A stretch of 62,891 bases of DNA, filler included, from Rhabdomonas costata (taxonomy: Eukaryota), in the NCBI GenBank assembly GCA_019059605.1. It is 52 parts of 52 records of this genome, joined end to end, with 100 filler letters (N's around TTAATTAATTAA, not from the genome) between each part and the next. Parts side by side here need not be neighbours in the genome. Positions count along the whole stretch, not along the records: positions 1 to 1,112 come from JAHMHO010028006.1; positions 1,213 to 2,324 come from JAHMHO010028007.1; positions 2,425 to 3,536 come from JAHMHO010028008.1; positions 3,637 to 4,747 come from JAHMHO010028009.1; positions 4,848 to 5,959 come from JAHMHO010028010.1; positions 6,060 to 7,171 come from JAHMHO010028011.1; positions 7,272 to 8,384 come from JAHMHO010028012.1; positions 8,485 to 9,596 come from JAHMHO010028013.1; 44 more parts are not named here. One strand, given 5' to 3'. The notes beneath the pieces were generated by a model, which searched no databases, was not told where the DNA came from, and saw only the letters and a program-made list of their open reading frames with translations. This document shows, piece after piece, positions 1-11,584 of this stretch (position 1 is the stretch's first letter; each line of letters opens with the position of its first letter). Made by a program: the position numbers and the translations under genes.

Positions 1-1112
1 GGGGGTGGTGGATGGGGTCAAACCGAGCCGGTTTGTCGGTTTGCACCTCGCGCGGAGTCAATATCATCGCACATCCCAAGCACTCGGCGGCCCTGGTCGC
101 TGATTTGCCGCACAGAACCAGAGCGGAGCTCGCCACGCAACCTCGCAGCTAGGATGCACCGCATAGCAGAAGACCGTCCGAACAAACCCATCGCAGCCAC
201 CTTTTACTTTCCCTCCCCTGGCAAAAGAACCTTCAGCAAAAGGCAAGTTGGATAAAAAGTAAGCCGAGCTGAAACAAAATACATTGCATGAAATCCATCC
301 CAGTGTGGAGCAAGAATGAAAAATCATCATCGCATAAACGTGGATCTGCCAAGTTCGGTCTTCCATGAGCAGCAGCCAATGGCTTGGGCGGGGAAGCGCG
401 GCATCATGCAGTAAGAAGATGCTGGAAGACTTCACGCGCAACAATCAAGTCTGTTGCCGTCCAGAAATCGTTTTGAAATGAAAGAGAGAAGCGACCCATT
501 AAGAAACGGACTGCGAGCTCCCTGCGGCCAACCCGACCCGTGGCCAACCCGAAACCCTTTGCCCGTTGTTCCCAATAATCACCGTCTGAAAAAAATATGG
601 TGCTCAGCGAAGTCGGGTATCACTGTGGCAACATTTCAGATCGGTGACCACGCGAGCTCCTGGACGTGTCAATCTGTGTCCACACTGCATCACAGAAGGT
701 ACTATCTGGCAAACCATCACACCATAGGAACTGTGTCCGAATTGACAGAACAACAACAGCACCAGTGACTGTTCTGTCAACAAAATGCATTCCGTGATCC
801 ACCGCACCGTATCGCTCAGTGGCCAAGCAGTCAATCTTGCGGAGAGCAAACTCTTCGATTCAAGTTCCTGGGAAGAGCGGCGAAAAATTGCGTCCGGCAT
901 CAGGGACGGCAAGGCCAAGGCAACGGCCAAGGGGACACCGCTGACTGAAGAGGGAGCGCAAGGCAAGGCTGCAGGAGAAGTCAACTCACGCGATCGTCTT
1001 CAGGGCTCACGATTCGTTACCTCGGGACAGCATTCATTACCATGCGAATTAGAAAGAAGCGGGGGCACGCAGATGTCCTGTAAAAAAAAAGCATGTCAAG
1101 CCACACCACACC

Positions 1113-1212
1113 NNNNNNNNNNNNNNNNNNNNNNNNNNNNNNNNNNNNNNNNNNNNTTAATTAATTAANNNNNNNNNNNNNNNNNNNNNNNNNNNNNNNN
1201 NNNNNNNNNNNN
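1113..1212. other. Artificial contig-joining spacer N44-TTAATTAATTAA-N44 (first of 51 copies, about every 1.21 kb)
   Basis: The same 100-nt block recurs through the window. TTAATTAATTAA puts stops in all six frames and explains the ORFs ending in X...LIN. Confidence 0.99.
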
Positions 1213-1454
1213 GGTGTTGGTGCATTTCCACTTACAAGGACGCAGTCCCCAATGGTGAGCGCGCAACCTGGATAGCGGTGCGCGTTCTTCGCGTGTGCAA
1301 GCTTCATGTCCAGGCCTATTGAACCAGTTCACCGCATGCGTTGGGACCGGAATGCCTTCCCCTTCCCTTCCCTTCTTTTCCCTTCCACCCGCAAGTTAAA
1401 GAAATGGCGACATGAGGGAGTTGGACGCTACAATTCTTAGAGATGTGTAAGCAC

Positions 1455-2218
1455 CAACTTGCCGATGGCCGTGAGATGGGACACTATGCAGAGATCGGCA
1501 CTGTGTGTGATGTGTGCGTGGGATAGGGAAAGAGGAAAAAGGGATGAGGGCACGAGGAAGAGAGATGTGAGAAGGCGGCTCAGACCGGAGAAGTGGGCAA
1601 AGTGGAGAAAAACCCGAACCAAAGTATCAGTACATATTCCCGCGGTTTCAGCAATCACAAGAGAAGAGCGTGGTTCGGGGGTGGAGGGGCGCGGGCGTGG
1701 CAGCGCGAGCAAAAAAAAATCCGAAATGCCTGCAGGATGATCTCATCAAGGGGCAGCCTGAGCAGCTCCGGAAGCTGGTAGTCCGCGACGGACTCGTACT
1801 TCTTTTGCGTGAGCAGCCTGAAGCAGAATCCGTGCTGAGTCCGGCCGGCACGGCCCTGCCTGTCACGGTGGCGCGGGAGGGAGAGGGGAGGGAAGGGAAG
1901 GTGTGAGGTTCACAGGAAACGAACAAAGCTGCCAAAAGCTTTACCCATCCGGAAAAAAGCCGCGAGAACACTGGAGAGCCCCGAAGGTGTCCGACCGCCA
2001 CTTCGCTGCTGATCGGAACAGCCACTCGGGGCAGCCACAGCCCACCAAAAAGAAATCTGGAACGGGACCCCCTGCCCCCATGGAAAAGACACCTCTGCTT
2101 CATGTTCGCCCTGCTGGCCCAGGTGGTTGCCATGCTGGTCACCCCGGTGTACGGGTTGTGAGAGCGCTCGCGCACCCGCCCGCTGTCCACCACGAACATC
2201 ACATCGTCAATCGTGATG
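1455..2218 (-). CDS. DEAH-box RNA helicase (DHX36/DHX57/YTHDC2-like), internal exons 2218-2093 and 1859-1730, tentative third exon 1500-1455
   Basis: Spliced translation SITIDDVMFVVDSGRVRERSHNPYTGVTSMATTWASRANMKQR|QGRAGRTQHGFCFRLLTQKKYESVADYQLPELLRLPLDEIILQ contains motif V and motif VI (QRxGRAGR). AG acceptors; one GT and one GC donor. Confidence 0.92.
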
Positions 2219-2792
2219 CTTTGAAAGCATCAACAGACAGAGAAGAAAGCTGGGGAAGGGTTCCAACAAAAAGGTGAATGCTTTCACTCCTACTTCGCAC
2301 TTTCTGCGAACTGGCCCAAAACCCNNNNNNNNNNNNNNNNNNNNNNNNNNNNNNNNNNNNNNNNNNNNTTAATTAATTAANNNNNNNNNNNNNNNNNNNN
2401 NNNNNNNNNNNNNNNNNNNNNNNNGGTGTTGTGGAGATGGATAACGTGGGCAACACTCTACTAGGCACGATGATGGTCCCATTCCTTGTGGAGTGAGCCG
2501 GGGAGGTGGGGAGGGGGAGCTCGAGTCGCTTCTACAAAAAGGTCACCGTCGCACCAGATATGTATATCTGTATGTGAATGTGAGCTGAGTGCTGGTGCCT
2601 GTAGCAGCTCGTGGATATGGGAAAGTCAGTGGAATCCTCACACCATCCTGCCCCCCGCCCATACAGAGCGAAGTATATCCCTCTGGCAATGTTTCGTCTG
2701 GTGTATTTCCTGTGTTGTGACACAGTTGACGGTTCTTGTGATCAAATGGGAGCAAATGTGTGCGAATTTGTGGCGTGTGTCTAATTTTACAG

Positions 2793-3314
2793 GTTGCTCT
2801 TTGCCTGCCTTATCCAACAGACATTGGGGAATTTCATGTTGTGGTGCATGAGAAGGCCATTATCAGGGCACCGTCCGAAACCCGCACCGTCCGAAACCCT
2901 CTCTTCAAATATTTTTCTTCATTTGCCGAGGTAAGCTCTCAGCGGCAATGGTATCCACTCAAGATGAGCATTTCTCTTCCCCCATGGACACGTCGTTAGG
3001 TGAATCTCGAGGAGGGCTTCTCGGCTTGCACCGTGACAGCACTCCGCTCGCCTTCCCCACGCAGCACCTTGAAGAAGGGCCCCCGTCTTCCTCCCGTTGC
3101 TGCCGATGCTTCCCCGGCGGCATCCCAAAGCCCGGCTTCTCGCGTCACCTTTTCGGACGCGGTCCAAGATGTTCTGGGAGCCACCCGGTCGCTGTCCTCG
3201 TCCATTTCAGGACCCTCGTCTGCGATGGGCTCTCCTCGAGATAGGTCCTCGTTGTATCGGAGCTGCGGATCGCCTGTCGTACCTTCGCGACCACATTGGA
3301 GTGTTCTGCAATGA
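2793..3314 (+). CDS. Probable last exons of a hypothetical protein (Ser/Pro-rich tail)
   Basis: AG/GT-bounded segment 2793-2930, then an AG acceptor at about 3000 and an open frame to a stop at 3314. No family recognised. Confidence 0.3.
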
Positions 3315-3417
3315 CAAGAGATGTATATTTTATGTCAGCAGCGGCTCTGCAGTTCCCGCGGCGGCTCTTCCTATTCGGTGTATAGGAGAATATATAGGGG
3401 TCCTGTGGGTCTGACCG

Positions 3418-3528
3418 GTGGGTGTACCTTCTTTAGAAAAAAAAACTGTCCCATGAAATGAAAATGCACGTCGTTGCATCGCTGGTCCCATTTTTTAGCA
3501 TGCGAATTTCAAAAGAAGGTACACCCAC
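3418..3528. repeat. 22-bp inverted repeat (MITE-like or fold-back)
   Basis: gtgggtgtaccttctttagaaa (3418-3439) pairs with tttcaaaagaaggtacacccac (3507-3528), one mismatch. Confidence 0.7.
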
Positions 3529-3908
3529 ACCCCAACNNNNNNNNNNNNNNNNNNNNNNNNNNNNNNNNNNNNNNNNNNNNTTAATTAATTAANNNNNNNN
3601 NNNNNNNNNNNNNNNNNNNNNNNNNNNNNNNNNNNNTTTTGGGTTTCTGCTCCGCTTCTTTATTCTTTCTTCCCCAGTCCTATTCGATCCTTCCACTCAT
3701 CACCACTGCACTGGTCAAACGTCAGTGCTTCAGCCTGAATGCCGAGGCGTTCGACCAGTGCAGTGGTGATGAGTGGAAGGATCGAATAGGACTGGGGAAG
3801 AAAGAATAAAGAAGCGGAGCAGAAAAGGAAAAGCAATTCCCTACCCAATCATCTAATGAAGGAGTATTGGTATTGCTGAAACACAGAGCCGGCGAAAAAA
3901 GCGGCTAA

Positions 3909-3969
3909 GCCGAAGCAGGCCTGGGGTATGTACAGCAGGCCTCCCCAAACGCTGCGTGGCCCGTCCTTG
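3909..3969. repeat. Dispersed repeat copy, homologous to 21145-21213 (opposite strand)
   Basis: gccgaagcaggcc..tatgtacag..ggcctccc.aaacgctg.gtggc..gtccttg is shared by two different contigs. Confidence 0.75.
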
Positions 3970-6864
3970 GGGTCATCCCTTGTTTTGCACCACTTCGTAC
4001 CCAGCGCAGCAAAGAGAGCCTGTAGTATGTTTGTGTGCGGGGGAAGGGTGTACATACCGCCAACTTCTGAGAAAACTGCAGCGGCTCGGCCGTCTCGCCC
4101 TCAGACTCAAGCCGGGCGGCGGCGGCATCGAAAGCAATGCCGCGCTTCTGAGAGAATGTGCCACGAGATCTGTCTTTGGGCTCCGCTTCAACCGTTTCCC
4201 GTCCCTCGTACTCCAAACAAAAGAGCACAGCGGCCACGGAACGCAAAGAAAAAACCTCTGGTCCTCTTTTTTGACTTAAGGACAGCTGTCTCTGTTTGGA
4301 AAAAAAAACTCTGGTCCCCTTACCCCGTTGCACAAATACTGATTACTGGTGGCACAAGCCAGAGACACGGCATTCTCTGTCTTTGGGTGAATAATTCTTG
4401 CACAAGGGGAGACCACCAAAAAAAGAGAACAAAAGAACATCTGCAACAAAAATCAAAGCCCACTGCCAGATCATTGCTTAGTCAAACATCGCAAGCGGCA
4501 TGCCGTGTTTGCTTCTGGTGGCGCCACTTGTTCTTTCTTCTTCCCTTTCCTCCCTCGTTCCTCTCTCTTGTCCTTTTCAGTCTCTCTCGTTATCTGCTCT
4601 TCTAATCTCGTTATCTGCTCTTGCAATTTAACGGCCTTGCTTCGAACAGCGGCGGGCAGGCAATAAGGCAGTGGGACAGTCATCAAGGCAAATTCCTCAA
4701 AGGCAGTACGTCCAAAAAAACGTCATACATACAAGTCCAAAAACACANNNNNNNNNNNNNNNNNNNNNNNNNNNNNNNNNNNNNNNNNNNNTTAATTAAT
4801 TAANNNNNNNNNNNNNNNNNNNNNNNNNNNNNNNNNNNNNNNNNNNNGTGGGTTTGTGATTGATATGCATCTCAGTGGTGACAGATTTTATTTTAGATTT
4901 GGTTGTGCTGGGCTAGATCTGCTGTCAATCTAGACAGAAGAGTTCCTCCACGTCCTCTGAAGAGATGTAAAAAGCTCGGATGGTAGTGAGGAATTTGACA
5001 AATCATAGATGGTGGAAATGTTAAATTCGTTGTTTGCCTTCAATGTTTTTGATTCTCCACCAGCTTTTGAGGTTAGTGGTGAGGAATCAACGTCAAATTG
5101 TGCGGGATCATGCTCCGCTGATTCCTTGTCATGCAGCACAGGTGCGCGGTCTTAAGTAGACTTCATTTGAAATACGTCAGAGACGTGTAGGGCTGTGATA
5201 TTGTAGATGGGGTCACACATATCAATTAAACGTGAAGCTTTCTACAATATACAAATTGTTAATATCGGCGGAGAAATTTTAGCCAAATACTAGTGTTGTG
5301 GAAATCACACGAAAGAACAAAGGAACTGGCATTTTGCACAACAGTACGGAAAATCAGACGAATGTGTCTACCACCAAGGTGGTTGAGTTAGCAACTCTGA
5401 CTTAAATGCTTCGGAATCTTTCGCGGTAGATTAAGTTCAGTGATCAGTGCTTATCTCAAGAAATCTGAAGCTTGTGAATCCAACATAGCTGGAAATACAT
5501 TTTTCACAAATGTATGCGGTAGAAAAAGTAGGGGCTTCGTGCGCTTTGGTCCTTTCTTCACTGGAAACGTCAACCTCGAGGACCACCAGATCTGAAACAA
5601 AGCTGTAGTGCAGAACAATGTAGTGTTAGAATCCTGGTCAATCTCCAAGCGTTAACTGAACAAAGTCCTTCTACTTCATACTTGCCTTCTGTCTGTGCTA
5701 CTCGTGCACCTCCACGTTTTCAATCCTACTTAAATGTAGTACTAACATTCACTGGCGTTTAAACCACACAATTCTTCAGAACAGACCCGGATTCCTGTGC
5801 TCCTTTTCTTTGCTTTTGTTTGTGTGCTTCAAGCTCAGGCACCCTCCGCCTGCCCTACACTCCCCTCCAGAATCCCCTGCCCCTGCGACACCCTTTCCTT
5901 GAGAGAGGTGTCCCCCTTGTACCTGTAGCTTTACCCACACCACCAAACACACCCACCACNNNNNNNNNNNNNNNNNNNNNNNNNNNNNNNNNNNNNNNNN
6001 NNNTTAATTAATTAANNNNNNNNNNNNNNNNNNNNNNNNNNNNNNNNNNNNNNNNNNNNGGTGTGTGGGTAAGCCGAACTCATGGAGAGCTTCGCAGCAT
6101 GATGCATGAAATTTCTGGTCAAGTACAGGATTGAATAGCGTTGGAGCTGCGCGCATCCGATTCAAGTGGCTACAGCAGGAGTGAATTAATAATCCACACT
6201 GGATTCAACGGTGATATGGGCTTTTCTTCAGCAAACTCACATCAAGAAAGCAAGAAAGAAGGTGAATCTCTACTCTTCATCGCAAGTGCAAAAGGTGACA
6301 CCAAGTTAATCCCCTTTCAAAATGAAGTAACTTAGAAGGACGCACGAGCCAAAGGCACTTGTCCACGTTTCTCCCCTTCCCCATTGGAGTAGTTTTGTTT
6401 TTGGTTTGTTAGCCGATTTTTAAGGGGGTTTAGGAGGCGATTTCCATCAACTCACCGGGAGGCTTCGGGCCTCCACTAGGGTTTTTGGTCGACGACCCAG
6501 CCGGGTGATCAGAGAATACTTCTGGGGGGCATGTGGTACGCACACCAAGCCCATTTATATCCCCTGCTCTTTTCTTCACCTCTGCGTTCTCTTCCTGGGA
6601 TGATCAAGCCGCATGCATACTCTTGGCACTCCCTTCAACAAGGTAATATTAAATGCACACTCGGAAGGTAGGCAAAAGGGTAGGGTACATGTCTAGAAAA
6701 ATATGCTTTTTTTCTTCTCTCTCCTTTGCGCAAAGAAGAGCGCAAAGGAAAGAGAAGAAAAGAAAACTGCTGCAAAGCAAATCCAATGCAAAGCAAAAAA
6801 ACGGCACCAGTTCCACAAAAGGGGAGGAAAAGGGGGGGGAGAGAGAAGCAGGTGACAATGCAAC

Positions 6865-6984
6865 CTTCTCCAGGTTCTTTTCCAGCCCATAGGCCCTGAT
6901 CAGGGGTCGGAAGTTCTCTATGCGAGGGGCGACCTGCTGCAGCTCCATCGCCTCGAAGATCAGCCGGTGCACCTTCTCGACACT
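6865..6984 (-). CDS. Pentatricopeptide-repeat (PPR) protein exon
   Basis: SVEKVHRLIFEAMELQQVAPRIENFRPLIRAYGLEKNLEK fits the PPR pattern (FexM...vxP...f..LI.aY). 120-nt AG/GT-bounded exon. Confidence 0.7.
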
Positions 6985-7562
6985 CTTTTGGGCAAGGAAG
7001 GGGGTCAACAACCCAAGAAAGCAACAGTGAATCGTATAAAAAAGAGGCACCACAGTCCAGGACACAAATGCTCAGTGTTCGACGGATGAGCGTAAATTGC
7101 AGCAGCAAAGCGCGCGGGAAAGATACTGTCCCAGCAACCCAAACCCGATACAGGAAGGAATCAACAAAACANNNNNNNNNNNNNNNNNNNNNNNNNNNNN
7201 NNNNNNNNNNNNNNNTTAATTAATTAANNNNNNNNNNNNNNNNNNNNNNNNNNNNNNNNNNNNNNNNNNNNGGGGTGTTGTGTGTGCGCGCGCGCGCGCG
7301 CGTTGCGCCTCTGTGATGTTCTAGGCACTGGACTTGGGTACACCAGGCTCTGGTTTTGGTTTATACACAGGATTGCTCCCAAAGATGTGATATTGTTTTG
7401 ATCTCTGTGTCTACCTTGAACTTACCTTACGGATATTTGCAACCTCCCGCTCGACTGTCGCGCCATTCATCCGTGCCTATCCTTCCCCTCGTCCGCAAGG
7501 TTGGTGAGCAGTGGTGAATCCCACCCCTCTGCAGCCCACTCCCTTTTAAAGTAGGGGGAGCA

Positions 7563-7754
7563 ATGCTTTCCTCTGCGGCGCCTGTGACCGAGTGGGCCGC
7601 TGAGGATGTCTCGCGGTGGCTGGCCGCGAATGGCTTCCACGACCTTCTGGCGCCGTGCGCCGGGGTGGACGGGCCGTGGTTGCTCGCCGCGACGTACTCC
7701 GATGTGCTGAACCTTGCTGAGTTCCGCACCCCTGCCCTGTGGAAGGCCATCCAG
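7563..7754 (+). CDS. SAM-domain protein, probable first exon
   Basis: MLSSAAPVTEWAAEDVSRWLAANGFHDLLAPCAGVDGPWLLAATYSDVLNL...LWKAIQ matches the SAM pattern (W..eDV..WL...g......vDG..LL). GT donor at 7755. Confidence 0.8.
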
Positions 7755-9322
7755 GTCGTCCGTGTGCTCTGCCTCGCTTGTGCCATCGTCTTCCGCTCCT
7801 GCCCTCTTCATCCCTCATTCATTTGCATCTGCTCTGGGGTTGCTGCTGTACCCTGAGACTCCCCGCGGTCTTTTGTCAGTTTCTGACCCATTGCTTTCAC
7901 AGGTAACATGGCTTTCAGGTGTGCTCTTATCTCCAAACAGGGGATATCCACACCACAAACTGTTGACCTACAGGGTCGCTCGAACTTCAGCTGCGACGGC
8001 TTCTTATGATTCCAAAAATTCATGACATGGTGCAGCGGTTCTCCCAAACTGCGAGTTGAGTCCCTGCCCCAGCTCTCCTTCCCCCTCAGTTGTGTCATCA
8101 CAATCGGCGACGGAGAAACGCCCTGTCCAGCACCTCCCTCATCCAAACACACAACACGCACACACCCAGAGAGTCGCAGAGACCTGAGCAGCGATGAAAC
8201 AATGCAGGTAGCCGCTGGAAAAGAGCAGCTGTGCAACAATGGCCCGGGACCCGTGGGGCTGAAGGGACGTTGGGCGGTGAGCCGGTTTCGGTTCCCCACG
8301 GCACCGCTCGCTCCAACGGCACCTCTCGCGAGCACCCGTGGCCAACAGCGCTTGCGCCAGTCAGTCCAGAGTGGTCAACAACACNNNNNNNNNNNNNNNN
8401 NNNNNNNNNNNNNNNNNNNNNNNNNNNNTTAATTAATTAANNNNNNNNNNNNNNNNNNNNNNNNNNNNNNNNNNNNNNNNNNNNTGGAATATGGTGGTTT
8501 GGGATGGGGAGGTCACACGTCCACAGGAGTTGCAGGTGCAAGCTGAAGCTTCGACTGCTGAGCGGGCACCACCTCGGCCATCGCCTTATTGGAGCAGTGA
8601 GAGTAAAACAAGTACAGACCACGGGGCAGTGAGGCAGTGGGCCCACGGGGGGGATCGTGGCCCCACACGCAGCGCTTTGCTTTGGGGAGCCTGTGGTGCT
8701 GCCCCTGCTCTCTCTCTTCAGAGAAACACACAAAACCACAGCACAGAACACACCGCTGGACAAGGCAAAGGGAATATGAACGAGCAAAGAGCATTCTTTT
8801 TTGAAAAAGATTTTGCTTTCATCATAAAGAAAGACCACAACATCGATGCGACGTTATCAACTAGCGACGACTATGGCAGAGGCAATGTAAGTGGAGAAAT
8901 GCGGAGCTGGTGCTGTCCTCTGCAATGCGTACGCTATGCAGCAAAATGCAAGCGCCAATATGGTTTTGGGGTCACTGTATATTTTGTTATACCATCGAAA
9001 CCAGGATTCGGGCTTCGAAAACAGCTGTGTGCTGCAACGACATTCGGAGCTCACGTGATGCACTTTGCGCCATTGCGGGGCAAATGATCAAGTCTCCACC
9101 AGATCCCCTTTTCATCTTAAAAGTCCCGTTCCCAGGTTATCCCTGGTCACCCGTTCCGTTTGACAGAGATTCCCTTCGCCTAAGCAACTTTTGTTCTGCC
9201 GCACTATATGATCAACCCAATGGAAACAGGGGGAAAACGGAACTGTGACGCAAAAGAACAAAAGACGGTCCAGCACACTTCCAGCAAAAGCAGTCACAGG
9301 CCAGACCCCATTTAGCCCTTAC

Positions 9323-9538
9323 CGGCTTTTGCCTTGGGCTTTGCCGTCCCCTCAGCCTTCTTTGCTGGCCTCTGCGTCTTCTTCTTCGAAGCCTTTGAGG
9401 CACTGGCTGGCTCAGCCTGCTCCTTCCCTGCCGAAGGCTCACCCTTCTTGGGCTTCTCAGCTCTGCCCCGCTTCGTCTGTGCCTTCGTGGCAGCCGCTCC
9501 CTCAGTCGGGGGAGCGGGAAGCCGAGGGACCGCACCAC
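9323..9538 (-). CDS. Lys/Ala-rich low-complexity exon, unknown protein
   Basis: AG/GT-bounded open segment: GAAATKAQTKRGRAEKPKKGEPSAGKEQAEPASASKASKKKTQRPAKKAEGTAKPKAKA. Confidence 0.4.
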
Positions 9539-10481
9539 TGGAAAGGCAGCAAGCAAGTAGGCATTTAAAAAACCGAAGAAGGAAAACACCAAACCCNNNN
9601 NNNNNNNNNNNNNNNNNNNNNNNNNNNNNNNNNNNNNNNNTTAATTAATTAANNNNNNNNNNNNNNNNNNNNNNNNNNNNNNNNNNNNNNNNNNNNAAGG
9701 GTCTGCAGTGACTCCTGGTTGCAGTGGCTGAGAGGGGTGCGGAAATGAGGGCGTCTGAACGAAGCGATGGAGGCAAATATGAACGGGACGGGTTCCCAGC
9801 ATGGAGAGGGACGGAAGGAGGGAGCAATTACAGTGGATGCGGATGAATGGGTTCTGGTTTGCACCCTCTTTGCACTCCTGAGTCATTCCTGACTCTCTCT
9901 TTGCCCTGAGCTTCACCTCTGCTTCTTGTCTCACAGTGTACCATCATCGAAAAATTTGCAGTGGTCACCTGTTCACCTCAAACACACACAAGGACATGCC
10001 TTGTGACTACATCTGTTTGGTGATTGTACTGGTTTTCAAAAAATACATTGGTTTGATGTGTGTACTGGTTATCAAACGATGTTTTACGAGTGCACCAGTT
10101 GCGCATGATTTACAATTCTTATCATCATTATTCGGTACTTGCCCCACCACCACCACCACCGCCACCACCGCGTCCTCACATGAAATGTGACCGAATCTCC
10201 GCGTATGGGTGGCCCGTCACCTAAACTCTGCATTTCGAGGCAGAAATCCCATGGGATTCCAGCTGAATTCTGCAGGGGAGGGGCGAGAGTGAACGGTACA
10301 CCACATGACGTTGAATTCACTGGAGGGGGGAGGCAAGAGACTGCTATGTTTGTTGTTTACACATACTGAATTGTGTGGCATCCTTTCGCGGAGTTGGTTA
10401 CACACACAACTTCAAAACTTCAAAAAAATCGGGGAATCTGGAATCTGAGAAGGGGACGCGAGGTGCCCCAGTGATACGCAC

Positions 10482-10669
10482 CTGATTTGGCTGAAGACAT
10501 AGAATAAGATGCCGTGGATGGCCCACGGTATCAGCACAAAGGCCGCGGCCTTTAGCGGCGAGAACCGCCGCGCAGCCAGAAACACGGAGGCCGCCATCAG
10601 CAGCCTCTCCAACACGATCCCAAGGATCGCCTGCGGCGGAATCCTCGTGGCTCCCGAGATAGTCCCTTC
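10482..10669 (-). CDS. Membrane protein exon, possibly front-end fatty-acid desaturase
   Basis: Two hydrophobic helices ending IPWAIHGILFYVFSQI(ag|GT). This resembles the FSQ(I/V)SH segment of protist desaturases, but the His boxes are not visible. Confidence 0.45.
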
Positions 10670-10985
10670 CTTCGTTTGTTATTTTCGAGACAGGGGTGTG
10701 GCGGGCAAAGGAATAAACAGGGCTTTGAGAATGGAAAAGTGCTCATATTGGGGATTAATGGAGGGGCCTTTTAAGCAACAACAGAAAACAGATGGGCACA
10801 CCCCAACANNNNNNNNNNNNNNNNNNNNNNNNNNNNNNNNNNNNNNNNNNNNTTAATTAATTAANNNNNNNNNNNNNNNNNNNNNNNNNNNNNNNNNNNN
10901 NNNNNNNNGGGTGGTGGTTCAGGGGCTTGTCGGTTGCTCGGGAGAGCTGGGCTGGGAGCGTATAGTGTGTTTTTTCCGGGGGTAG

Positions 10986-11584
10986 GTGGATTACGTGGGC
11001 CCCGCGGTGAACCTCGCCGCTCGGGTCTCTTCGAAGGCCTCAGGCGGGCAGATCTTGCTCAGCGAGAACCTGTACGACAAACTCTACTTGGCGAACTACG
11101 ACGCCTACTCCCCTCTGGTACTCCCTGCTTCTCGTGCTGCGGGCTTCGATGACTCTGTAGCAGTTAGAGAGATGTCTTTTTCTTTTTTCTTTTTAAAGAA
11201 CAGCGCTGGGTTCTGGTTCCGTCCAGGCGATGGATGGCTCCTGGCGTTTTCCTTGGCACTTGGAACAGATAATCTGCGAGAGCTGCCCATCCCCATCATA
11301 TTTCCTTGCAGAAAGACGCTTTGGTGGAGGACCTGGGGGTGCATCTCCTGAAGGGCATTGTAAAGCCACAGCACTTGTTCTCCGTGCTGCCGGCGGAGCT
11401 TCGGCGGCGGGCCTTCCCGGAGATCCAGGACGTGGTGTGCCAGTTCTGCAAGGGCCCGATGTGGTGCCTGCGGTGTGAGAAGGACCCCTCGGAGCAGAGC
11501 TCTCCCCACCGCCGCATTCGCCGCGCATCCTCCTCCGCAGCCAGCCGGTACTGCGAGGCCTCTCCGAAGTCCACTCGGGAGCAG
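10986..11584 (+). CDS. Class III adenylate cyclase, C-terminal part of catalytic domain (exons 10986-11117, 11312-11584)
   Basis: VDYVGPAVNLAARVSSKASGGQILLS...|KDALVEDLGVHLLKGIVKPQHLFSVLP.ELRRRAFP carries the VNxAAR and LKG motifs. In-phase GT-AG intron. Confidence 0.92.

Noticed and set aside
5165..5650. Minus frame interrupted only by TAA, suggesting stop-codon reassignment
   Set aside because: Stop density is near random, the peptide is unrecognisable, and H2A ends with TAA normally.
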